A stretch of 64,000 nt of DNA from Nitrospiraceae bacterium (GTDB taxonomy: Bacteria > Nitrospirota > Nitrospiria > Nitrospirales > Nitrospiraceae), in assembly GCA_050246315.1 (NCBI GenBank), contig JBFWWG010000008.1, positions 1 to 64,000 of the forward strand. The letters are read 5' to 3'. Made by a program: the position numbers and the translations under genes. The notes under the pieces are model-generated. The model saw nothing but the letters and a program-made list of their open reading frames with translations, ran no database searches and was not told where the DNA came from. Of the stretch, positions 48,709 to 57,583 are shown piece after piece (within the stretch, counting starts at the first letter, position 1; each line of letters begins with the position of its first letter).

Positions 48709-49611
48709 TCAGCCGGACGCCGCATGAAAGTGTTCGTTGTCATGACAATCGATGGAGGATGAAAGCCGATACGCATCGGGATTCCCATACATCGGATGGT
48801 CAAACACGTGGAGACTATACATTGTGTCGATCCACCACCACCTGAACTGTGGCGGCACAAAATATGTCAACCCCTTGATCGTGGATAACTTCCTCGTCTG
48901 GTGGCTCGCATTGAACTCGGAAATGGCAAGGAGTTCAGCTCCAAATTCGGTCACGTCCTTGCCAATTGCGCTGCGGAAAGAACAAGGCATCCGTGGAATT
49001 AGGCGCGAGTGATCTGCCTGTAACAGTCCCATGGCATCCTTCGTCGAGCTGTACATACCAGTATCAAACCCCACGAAGGCGAGTGGCGATGGCGCTCCCC
49101 CTAGAAAGGCTGGCACGGTATCCTTCAGCAGCCCGATACTCAGGTTCGCGTGTCTCAAACGCTGCCTCAGTTGATCGACATCGCACGGATAATAACCCTC
49201 CGCCCATTTGTATGGCATATCCCGGTAATCTTGAGGTTTTGGGATACCGACACCTGTGTCGAACCCATACACGTCTATTCTGATATCCGCGAGCGCTTCA
49301 CAGATTTCTGCCACACGCTGCATGGCCAACAGGCCTGCACCTCCCGCCACGCCGATCTCCGCCACAGTTACCCTATTCAATCCGAGAACTTTCCCTAGAG
49401 CCGCGCCTTGAAGCACACCCAACACATAATGCGGCCGTTTGGTTGCTATGGGATCCTTCATCACTCTGAGCATGGTCGCGAATAACCACGTATAACTGTT
49501 GTCGAATGGAATCGGCGGCGCATCCGGCGGCGCCGCTGGTTCGGTCTCACCCTCCTCCAACCAACCCTTCGCGCTTCTCAAAAGTGACTTGACGAGCCCT
49601 TTTACACCCAT
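48709..49611 (-). CDS. Hypothetical protein, TylF/MycF-like methyltransferase fold
   Basis: EIGVAGG, YGFDTG.G.P, G..KDTVP and FD..MYSST motifs. Confidence 0.6.
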   Translation of the reverse strand: MGVKGLVKSLLRSAKGWLEEGETEPAAPPDAPPIPFDNSYTWLFATMLRVMKDPIATKRPHYVLGVLQGAALGKVLGLNRVTVAEIGVAGGAGLLAMQRVAEICEALADIRIDVYGFDTGVGIPKPQDYRDMPYKWAEGYYPCDVDQLRQRLRHANLSIGLLKDTVPAFLGGAPSPLAFVGFDTGMYSSTKDAMGLLQADHSRLIPRMPCSFRSAIGKDVTEFGAELLAISEFNASHQTRKLSTIKGLTYFVPPQFRWWWIDTMYSLHVFDHPMYGNPDAYRLSSSIDCHDNEHFHAASG

Positions 49612-49684
49612 CCCTCTCCTCCTTGCCCATCGCCGACGTACATTCCCTTGTGGGTCGGCCTTGCTATGCTAGAGAGTGCTATCA

Positions 49685-50971
49685 TCACGATGGCGGACTG
49701 TATCGAGTGGTCCACTTCAAGAGTGGCCTGACCACTCCCAACATCTCACCCAGGAAATCCCCTCTGGCCGAATCCCCATGCATGCCGTCAACCACCTGGA
49801 ATGCGATGGCCTCCTCAACATAGAACTGTATGTGGTGGGGATCCAACGAGATACAAGCTGGACTGACAAAAAATGAACCCTCCGACAACAGATTCCCTGG
49901 GATGTAGCCCGTGCTGACATAGCGTCCGACTGATCGCGGGCGGCCTCGCCAGTCGGGGTCCAGATCGAAGGATTCAAACACATGAACCCCTTCCTGATTC
50001 ACGAGCACGAAGCAGGGAGTTAGTGCGATGTTAGACCTCAACACCTCAAATTCCACTTCAATCGAAAAGGCTTGCCTGATATCAATTGTTTCGACGACTT
50101 TCCCATCAAGGTTCTTCACCCGCACCGCGCAAAGGCACGCCGTCCCATCGCCAGGTGCCTGAGCAGGGTCGTCCCATTCCTTTTCTGCTTTAGAACTGAA
50201 GTTGGCATGGAGGTAGGTACCAACAACCTGTGCAGCCGGACCATCGGCGACGAGACTTCCCTTATCTAAGAGCAAAGCGCGATGGCACAAGCGGGTGATC
50301 GCTTGCATGTTATGCGAAACAAAAATAACTGTACGCCCGTCCTCGCCAATCTGATGCATTTTATCGAGACATTTCTTTTGAAATTGCTGATCCCCTACGG
50401 CCAATACTTCATCAACGATCAGAATCTCGGGTTCTAAATGGGCTCCCACAGCGAACGCCAATCTTACGTACATGCCGCTGGAATACCGCTTGACCGGTGT
50501 GTCGATGTATTTCTCAATCCCCGCAAATGCGATGATTTCATCGAGCTTTCTCGTGATCTCCGATTTGCTCATACCAAGTATGCTGCCACTAAGATAAATA
50601 TTATCGCGGCCCGTCAGATCAGGATGGAATCCAGTCCCCACTTCTAGAAGCGTGCCTACTCGTCCGAATATTTCAGCTCTCCCGGATGTTGGGTCAGTGA
50701 TACGAGACAGGATCTTAAGCAGTGTACTCTTGCCAGCACCATTGCGCCCGATGATTCCGACAACGTCCCCTCTTGCAATCTCAAAGGAAACATCCTTTAA
50801 AGACCATACATCCTCCCGCTGGTAATGCAGCTTGTGACTGCGTCGTCTAAATGGGATCAACCGCCGGGCACCTTCTGCGAGACGACTGGCAAGGGATAGC
50901 TCGGCACGGTGGCCCACCGTGATTGAATACCGCTTACCAAGCCGTTCTGCCTTGACAGCAATGTTTGCCAT
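49685..50971 (-). CDS. wzt: Polysaccharide ABC transporter ATP-binding subunit with C-terminal carbohydrate-binding domain
   Basis: GRNGAGKST Walker A; YSSGM signature; IVDEVLAVGD; VSH; about 170-aa C-terminal Wzt-C-like extension. Confidence 0.93.
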   Translation of the reverse strand: MANIAVKAERLGKRYSITVGHRAELSLASRLAEGARRLIPFRRRSHKLHYQREDVWSLKDVSFEIARGDVVGIIGRNGAGKSTLLKILSRITDPTSGRAEIFGRVGTLLEVGTGFHPDLTGRDNIYLSGSILGMSKSEITRKLDEIIAFAGIEKYIDTPVKRYSSGMYVRLAFAVGAHLEPEILIVDEVLAVGDQQFQKKCLDKMHQIGEDGRTVIFVSHNMQAITRLCHRALLLDKGSLVADGPAAQVVGTYLHANFSSKAEKEWDDPAQAPGDGTACLCAVRVKNLDGKVVETIDIRQAFSIEVEFEVLRSNIALTPCFVLVNQEGVHVFESFDLDPDWRGRPRSVGRYVSTGYIPGNLLSEGSFFVSPACISLDPHHIQFYVEEAIAFQVVDGMHGDSARGDFLGEMLGVVRPLLKWTTRYSPPS

Positions 50972-51126
50972 CTCAGGTCCTGGCAGTCCATGCCCAAATT
51001 CGGCTTGCCACCGTGATCAAGGCCCACTTCATCCGAACATCACCAGTGCGCATCGAGCCCAGCCGTATACGCGATTTGTTCCAAACCGTACCAGCCTTGG
51101 GCAGATCGATAATTGCCGCGGTTATG

Positions 51127-51972
51127 CTAGATAACGTCAGCAAAGGTTCGTTCCACACGATTAAAATATGCAATGGCGCACAAGAGCACGACCACGATGG
51201 TACTCACATTCGCCATCAGCACCCCCGGGTCCGGTGGGTTTGTTCCAAGCAATGCCCAGCGAAACCCATCGATCACCCCGACCATCGGATTGACCAATTC
51301 ATATAACGTTCGCCACACCTCCGGAATGAGGCTGGACGGATAAACCACCGGGGACGCAAACATCCACAACTGAGTGATAAGCGGGACTGCCGCGCCGACG
51401 TCTCTATACCGCACATACAGGGCGGATAGCCAAAGACTAACCGCCAGAGAAGTGCCGACAGTTAACAGCATGAATACCGGGACGAGGAATATAGCCCAAG
51501 TAGGGGAGACCCCAAACCACGCCATGAGAATCAACAACAAAACAAAGGCGATAGCAAAATCAAGGAGTCCGCCCAACGTAGCAGAAAGCGGCACCACAAT
51601 CCGAGGAAAGTACACTTTCGTAATTAGATTCGATTCTGCCACAACACTAAAGCCGCTTCGATCCAGGCTCTTCGCAAGATAGCTCCATGGAACTAGCGCT
51701 GAGTATGCGAAAAGAGGATACGGCAGCCCATCCGATGGCATATTCGCAAGTCGCCCGAACACGAGTGTGTATACAACCATCATGACGAGTGGTTGGAGAA
51801 CAGCCCAGGCTAACCCGATCGCTGTCTGGGCGTACCGAGCCTTCAAATCACGCCATGCGAGAAAATAGAGGAGTTCCCGATACTTCCAAAGAGACACGAT
51901 CCCGAAGGTCAGCGCTCGCCTACTGGATTCGATGATTACAGTGGGCACCGGCATTGTCTCGATCTTTTGCAT
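51127..51972 (-). CDS. wzm: Polysaccharide ABC transporter permease
   Basis: RDLKARY.Q..G..W..LQP, KVYFPR, YRDV, SPVVYP and NPM motifs. Confidence 0.93.
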   Translation of the reverse strand: MQKIETMPVPTVIIESSRRALTFGIVSLWKYRELLYFLAWRDLKARYAQTAIGLAWAVLQPLVMMVVYTLVFGRLANMPSDGLPYPLFAYSALVPWSYLAKSLDRSGFSVVAESNLITKVYFPRIVVPLSATLGGLLDFAIAFVLLLILMAWFGVSPTWAIFLVPVFMLLTVGTSLAVSLWLSALYVRYRDVGAAVPLITQLWMFASPVVYPSSLIPEVWRTLYELVNPMVGVIDGFRWALLGTNPPDPGVLMANVSTIVVVLLCAIAYFNRVERTFADVI

Positions 51973-53210
51973 AGAGCAGCCCCTTTATACTTTGGACACA
52001 GTTGCAGCGCCCTGCGTCGAAATTGCCACACATTTGCGAAACGAATGAATCACTCTAGCAGGCACAGCTAAGGAAGGTCTGATCAATTCAAAATTCTAGG
52101 CCGCGATCAGCCAGATTCCCCGTCTTTGGTACACCTACCAATCGAATTTGGGAATTATTCAGACCTTCCCTAATCAAGGGCGTATCGCTTCAGGATAGCT
52201 CTGAAGGTCAGCATGTCCGCGCAGCAGTTTGTCTCGCGAGCATCTTCGTTTACGAGGGATGAGGTACCGGCCCATTCTCGGATGGGTCATTCTCTCATAA
52301 CGGCTGCGCTCCAATGGGACCTGCGCTCCCGCTCGTTCTGGCCCCAGCAACTCTACCCTGATCTCAGCGTCGAAATCTGCGAGCGGCTAATTATGCATTC
52401 CAGGCGCTGACGCGCAGCCTTAAGAGGTATCGAGCCGGGATTCTAAACCCGGAAGCCTACCGCGTACTGACACACGCTGCCTACTGTCGACTGCCACTCA
52501 CTTCGCACTAGGAAACTGGCTGTTCAGCTATCAACTTCCTTACTCAAGGAAGCCGCTCGAAACCGTCGCAGACGGTCACCTACCTGGGCGCCTGCAATCG
52601 AAGACATGATGGTGGTTCGTCACAAGATTCAAAAACAAACACGATACGCTACAAAGCATGTCTAGAAAAATAACGCCTGAAGCGGCAGGTTCTCTCACTG
52701 ATAACCGGGCATCTCTTATTCAAAAATACAACAGTAGCTTCCATTCCTCGCAAAAGACCGTCTGAACAGGGACGATTTGTCCTCTCATGAAAGCTGTGGG
52801 CAGGAGTGCACCACATCTGCCGGATACCCGTGCAGGGCGTACATCGATGAGAACTTGTCACTCAATTACTGGAATCATATCGATCGGAACCACTCACCAT
52901 ACGATTCAGTCATCTGCGACGGTGCGAAGATCTATATCTCAGGTAGAACTAGTGCATAGGTACACAGACACGATTGTTCATGCAGTGAGTCCCGAATATG
53001 CCATAGCTGATCATTCAACTGTTAACATTAGGTATTACAATGTAACCATGCAACCTTGCACTAAGCGCATTGAGACCATTCTTTCATGGTGTGGCTCCCT
53101 CTGATCACATACCACAACTTGGAGAGGGAGAATCGTCCCTTATCCAACCTCAGAAGCAATTGCCGCAGAGTCGCCAAGAATCGGCTGCGTGTGTGAGCGG
53201 CATGAAGATG

Positions 53211-54176
53211 TCACTGAACTGCACCTAAACTTGGCAGCGCATCTTTGGCCCGCCATACCCCAAATCTGCCACACTCCTTCTCGGCCTCCGTCCTCGAACC
53301 CTCTCCTTTCGCTGCACACGCATAGATCTCACGCACCGGGGTGATAACTTCCTTGATCGGGGCAAATGCAAAGTCGGTTAGCAATCTTGAGAGGCGTTCC
53401 TGGGTTCGATGCAGATTAGTATAGTGTCTAAACCGAGACAGACAGGAACCCTCCATGCGAGGTTGATCGGGGTCAACCTCCCAGGGGTGGAAATATGTCA
53501 CAAGTGGAGCATTTGTTACCTCTGCCTTTCGAAATAGGGCTCTAAACAACCCATACGGGAAAATCCTAAAATATCCCCCTCCACCTATGGGGATTCTCAC
53601 CCCACAGATACTAACCGTTGAAGGTGGGATTTCCCAGATAATTCCGGATTCCGTCCTGACCTGGTGCGCCATACTAGGCGCATTGGGTATGCCATATCGA
53701 TCATGAACGATCGGGACTATACTGGTGTCGTAGGCATAACCTTCCTCGGAAAGAATTGATAGTGCCCAAAGGCTATCTTTGGTAATCGAGAAACTCGGAG
53801 CTCTGTACCCGCAGACAAGCTGCCCCGTTAGAGATTCAAGAATGGCCTTCGTCTTTCGGACATCTTCTCTGAATCTTTGAGGGTTCTGGGAGGTAACAAG
53901 CTCATGAGAATATCCATGGGACGCAATCTCATGACCACCAGAAAAAATTCTCCGAACAAGCCTAGGACAGCGTTCCGCTACCCAACCCAGGATAAAGAAG
54001 GTCGCTCTCACTCCTCTACATTCGATGAGCTCCAAAATCTTATCCGTGTTCCTCTCAACTCGGCTCTCATAATGACCCCAATTTTGTCTTCGCAGCGGTG
54101 CCTCGAATGCTGACACCTGGAAATGCTCCTCGACATCGAACGATAGGCAGTGCACAGCCCCACATTCATTCGTCAT
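53211..54176 (-). CDS. XrtA/PEP-CTERM-system polysaccharide deacetylase (DUF3473)
   Basis: SFDVEEHFQVSAF, HEIASHG, GYRAPSFSI, GGGYFR, YFHPWEVDP and FRHY motifs. Confidence 0.92.
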   Translation of the reverse strand: MTNECGAVHCLSFDVEEHFQVSAFEAPLRRQNWGHYESRVERNTDKILELIECRGVRATFFILGWVAERCPRLVRRIFSGGHEIASHGYSHELVTSQNPQRFREDVRKTKAILESLTGQLVCGYRAPSFSITKDSLWALSILSEEGYAYDTSIVPIVHDRYGIPNAPSMAHQVRTESGIIWEIPPSTVSICGVRIPIGGGGYFRIFPYGLFRALFRKAEVTNAPLVTYFHPWEVDPDQPRMEGSCLSRFRHYTNLHRTQERLSRLLTDFAFAPIKEVITPVREIYACAAKGEGSRTEAEKECGRFGVWRAKDALPSLGAVQ

Positions 54177-54192
54177 ACGAAATAATATCTCT

Positions 54193-55260
54193 TTATCGAG
54201 CCCCTTCCCCGAAAACCACAACTTTTACCGTTCCAGCAAGTATGCGCAGATCCAGCATCAGGGAAAGATTCTTCACATAGTACAAGTCATACTGAAGTTT
54301 GACATGAGAATCCTCGGCGGAAGCACCGTATCGAAATTGTGTTTGAGCCCAGCCTGTGATTCCCGGTCGCACGGTATGGCGCAAATCATAATAGGGAATC
54401 ACGTTTCTGAGATCCTGAACAAACACGGGACGTTCTGGTCGAGGACCCACAAGACTCATCTCCCCTCTCAAAACATTGACGAGCTGTGGCACCTCATCGA
54501 GCCGCCACTTTCTCAAGAATCTTCCGACGCGCGAGATTCTAGGATCCATCTCTGACGCCCATCTTGCCCCATGTTTTTCAGCATCCTGAGACATCGAGCG
54601 AAACTTCCAGATCATGTACGGCTGCCCTCTCAACCCAACACGCATCTGCCGATAAAAAATGGGACCTGGAGAGTCTATTCGGATGAGCACCCCCAACAGG
54701 ACCATCAATGGCAGCAGCACGATTAGACCTAGTATCCCGACCGCAACATCCGTTGAGCGCTTCAAGGCCATGGTGATAACACGCCGCTTGAAGCCCGTTG
54801 AGAAGATCAGCGTGCTCGGCTTCAGGAGGTCAATGGAAAGCCGCCCTGATTCTTCCTCGTACAGATGATGCCCATCGACGATATCCAGCCCCATCGCCTT
54901 CATATCAAGAAGGGTTTGTACCGGCAATACCGCTCGTCGATCTTCGAGACACACTGCGATCGTGTCGATCTGAAATCGTTCAGCAACCTCAAAGAGTTGA
55001 TCGAACGTCCCAATCACACGGAGTTCAGCTAAGGATTCCCCTACGTGTCTCTGGTCTTTGGCCAGAAAACCTATCACCTCAGTGAACCAAGTTCCTCGTG
55101 AGAGCAAAACTTGACACAGGTCTTTGGCAAGCTGACCCACACCGAGAATCAACACGCGTCGCTTCACAACGGGCCAGCGAAAAGGGAGGGAGAGATACGA
55201 GTGTGAAAGTTCAGGCGAAACGATCTCTAGTCCCTGATCTGACTTACTTGAGTTGCTCAT
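54193..55260 (-). CDS. Priming polyprenyl-phosphate sugar phosphotransferase (PEP-CTERM-associated type)
   Basis: KFRSM, DPRIS.VG..LRK.RLDE.PQ, MSLVGPRPE, PGITGWAQ and KLQYDLYY motifs; start 55260. Confidence 0.93.
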   Translation of the reverse strand: MSNSSKSDQGLEIVSPELSHSYLSLPFRWPVVKRRVLILGVGQLAKDLCQVLLSRGTWFTEVIGFLAKDQRHVGESLAELRVIGTFDQLFEVAERFQIDTIAVCLEDRRAVLPVQTLLDMKAMGLDIVDGHHLYEEESGRLSIDLLKPSTLIFSTGFKRRVITMALKRSTDVAVGILGLIVLLPLMVLLGVLIRIDSPGPIFYRQMRVGLRGQPYMIWKFRSMSQDAEKHGARWASEMDPRISRVGRFLRKWRLDEVPQLVNVLRGEMSLVGPRPERPVFVQDLRNVIPYYDLRHTVRPGITGWAQTQFRYGASAEDSHVKLQYDLYYVKNLSLMLDLRILAGTVKVVVFGEGAR

Positions 55261-57583
55261 GCGGTGCTTCGTGATAGTACATCTGTTGCATGTAATACGG
55301 CGTGTCCTGTACCTCAACTCCGTTTAGCACGATCGCTAATGGATTTTGCTCTCCGATTGTCTTTAGCGCCTTCTGCACCGCATCCCGTCCGGTAGCCCCT
55401 GCTCGAATCACCAGGGTGACTAGGTCAGCCATACTAGCGAGTACATTCATGTCCGCTAGTGGTAAGATCGGCGGCGCATCAACAATAATGTATTCAAATC
55501 GTGACCTTAAGCTGGCCAGGAGTTCCGCTAGCTGCTGCATTTTTGACAAGGCCGGGGGCCCGTCAACAACTGCGCCGGAGGGAAGAATCCAGAGTCCAAG
55601 CCCTTCCTGAAATCTAAGGCACTCTTCAAGTGAATTTTCACCATGCAGGAGTTCGACGAGTCCCGGCTGCGCATCTGTCCCAACATAGACATGTTGCATA
55701 GGCCTCTTCAGGTCACAGTCCACAAGGACGGTCTTTTTGTCAAGGTCACGCGCAAGGATATAGGCCAGATTGAGAGACGTGCAAGACTTACCCTCTCCCA
55801 TAAGCGCGCTGGTAACCACGATGACGGTCGTCTTCCTTTCACCAACCATCAACTCTAGACGAGTCGCGGCCACCCGAAACTGCTCTGCAACAAGCGATCT
55901 CGGACGCCACATCGTAACCAATTCGAGACCGGGTGAGGTCCGACTGCCCGTCAACGAGTCTCCCTTTGTTCTCCCATTCTTGGCCTCACCCTCCGGTTTG
56001 TAATGAGGCAACAGCGGCCGCGCTGTGCCTTGAGGCAACAGGGGCTGATTTTTACGTTGACGAAGCACTCCGCCCACCTGCTCAACGGTTCCTCCCAGGG
56101 CGCTCTCGTACGTAGGAATCGAAACAAGAACCGGAAGACCCAATACCAGCTCCACCTCATCCGCCGATGAAAATCCCCTTCTCAACAGCTCTAGCCCGAT
56201 TGCGCCCCCGATCCCCATCGCGCATCCGATTCCAAGCCCTCCTAGCATGATCATAAGAATGTTGGGTGTTTCAGGAAGGACAGGGAGATTGGCAGGATCA
56301 ATAATGGTGAATTGAGTACCCTTATGTCGCCTTTCAAGATTCCCCGCGATTCCAGCATGCAACTGCTTTTCCAACAAGGCCTGAAAATTCTTCTGCAGGT
56401 TTTCGTAGTCTCGCTCCAAAGCCATCAACTTCTGCTTATGAATCGGGGCTCGATCAAGCCTCACTTGATAGCGTTGAATCTCTGATGCGATGCGCAATTC
56501 CCTGGTCTTCGCCATCTCGATTTGCTCAAGCAACTCGTCCCGTTGTCGCAACAGGTCCGCATGATGTTGGTCGAGGATCTTCCCTTTTCCCTTTTTCTTC
56601 CCAGGCGATTCGGGCTTCCCCTCCTCCCCTTCGGGCAGCTGTCCAACATATTCCTCAGTCGTCATGGACTTCAGTTTCCGGATTTCTTCTTTAATTTGGA
56701 CAATATCTGGATAGGTCTCCTTATAGACAGCAGTCAAACCGACGAGGCTTCTCTCCAATTCTTTGATCCTGGCCAAGCGGAGGTCTCGAATACGTCTCGG
56801 ACCTGCCTCCTCACCATCCTGTTCCTCATAGTCCCGTATGCTCTTCTCCAATGAGCCCAATCGAAGTGCAAAGCTCTTGACCATTTCACGCTGTGAAACC
56901 TGCTCAGCCTCAAGTCGATCTACTGCACGGAGATTTCCCTCCATCTGTTCAGGTAATTCTCCCAAATTAGTCTTCTTGAATTCCGCAATAGCTTTTTCCC
57001 TAGCTTCTAGCTGCACCGTGAGCGCATCGAGTTCTTGCTGCAGGAATTCCGTAGATGTTTCAGCAATCTCTTCCTTATTACGGGAATTCTCTTCGATAAA
57101 TAGGTCGGCCAATCGAGCTGTCACATCTCTGGCGACCTTTGGATTCTGGTCAGAAAAAGATAGATTCAAAAAAGATCGGTCTTTTGAGAGCTCAATTTTG
57201 ATCAACCCTCTCATGCCCTTGACAACCCCGTCCTCAGACATCGCTGTCGCAGCGGTCTTGTCATATCCATGTAGATGAAGCTCATGAGCAACCTGAGTCA
57301 GAAACTTACGGCTGAGGAGAATTTGACGCATCGCGGTTACCCGCTCGTTCAGAGCAGCCACCTTATCAGGAGACGAGCCTTCGTTCGCTGAATCCACTCC
57401 TCGCACATGAAGCACCTTCGGCTCCTCCACCAGCATCAGAGTCGTGGACCGGTAACTCTTGGGGAGATACAAGCAGAGCACCCAGGCAATACCTGAACAT
57501 ATCACCACTGACCCCAAAATCAGCCACTTATGACTTGCAATTGCCCTTAAATAGTCCTGTGGGGTCAGCAAGCGGGCATTCAT
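55244..57583 (-). CDS. wzc: Polysaccharide co-polymerase fused to tyrosine autokinase (Wzc-like)
   Basis: Two TMs flanking a coiled coil; EQFR, SALMGEGKS Walker A, VDCDLKRP and IIVDAPP motifs; C-terminal Tyr cluster YYMQQMYY. Confidence 0.9.
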   Translation of the reverse strand: MNARLLTPQDYLRAIASHKWLILGSVVICSGIAWVLCLYLPKSYRSTTLMLVEEPKVLHVRGVDSANEGSSPDKVAALNERVTAMRQILLSRKFLTQVAHELHLHGYDKTAATAMSEDGVVKGMRGLIKIELSKDRSFLNLSFSDQNPKVARDVTARLADLFIEENSRNKEEIAETSTEFLQQELDALTVQLEAREKAIAEFKKTNLGELPEQMEGNLRAVDRLEAEQVSQREMVKSFALRLGSLEKSIRDYEEQDGEEAGPRRIRDLRLARIKELERSLVGLTAVYKETYPDIVQIKEEIRKLKSMTTEEYVGQLPEGEEGKPESPGKKKGKGKILDQHHADLLRQRDELLEQIEMAKTRELRIASEIQRYQVRLDRAPIHKQKLMALERDYENLQKNFQALLEKQLHAGIAGNLERRHKGTQFTIIDPANLPVLPETPNILMIMLGGLGIGCAMGIGGAIGLELLRRGFSSADEVELVLGLPVLVSIPTYESALGGTVEQVGGVLRQRKNQPLLPQGTARPLLPHYKPEGEAKNGRTKGDSLTGSRTSPGLELVTMWRPRSLVAEQFRVAATRLELMVGERKTTVIVVTSALMGEGKSCTSLNLAYILARDLDKKTVLVDCDLKRPMQHVYVGTDAQPGLVELLHGENSLEECLRFQEGLGLWILPSGAVVDGPPALSKMQQLAELLASLRSRFEYIIVDAPPILPLADMNVLASMADLVTLVIRAGATGRDAVQKALKTIGEQNPLAIVLNGVEVQDTPYYMQQMYYHEAPHEQLK

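Noticed and set aside
53020..53048. Short palindromes TGTTAACA and TTACAATGTAA as enhancer or PEP-CTERM boxes
   Set aside because: Too short and not repeated, with no properly spaced sigma-54 site found downstream.
52787..53104. 105-aa plus-strand ORF and other short ORFs in the 52-53 kb gap
   Set aside because: No clear RBS or motif, atypical composition, and mostly opposite to the operon orientation.
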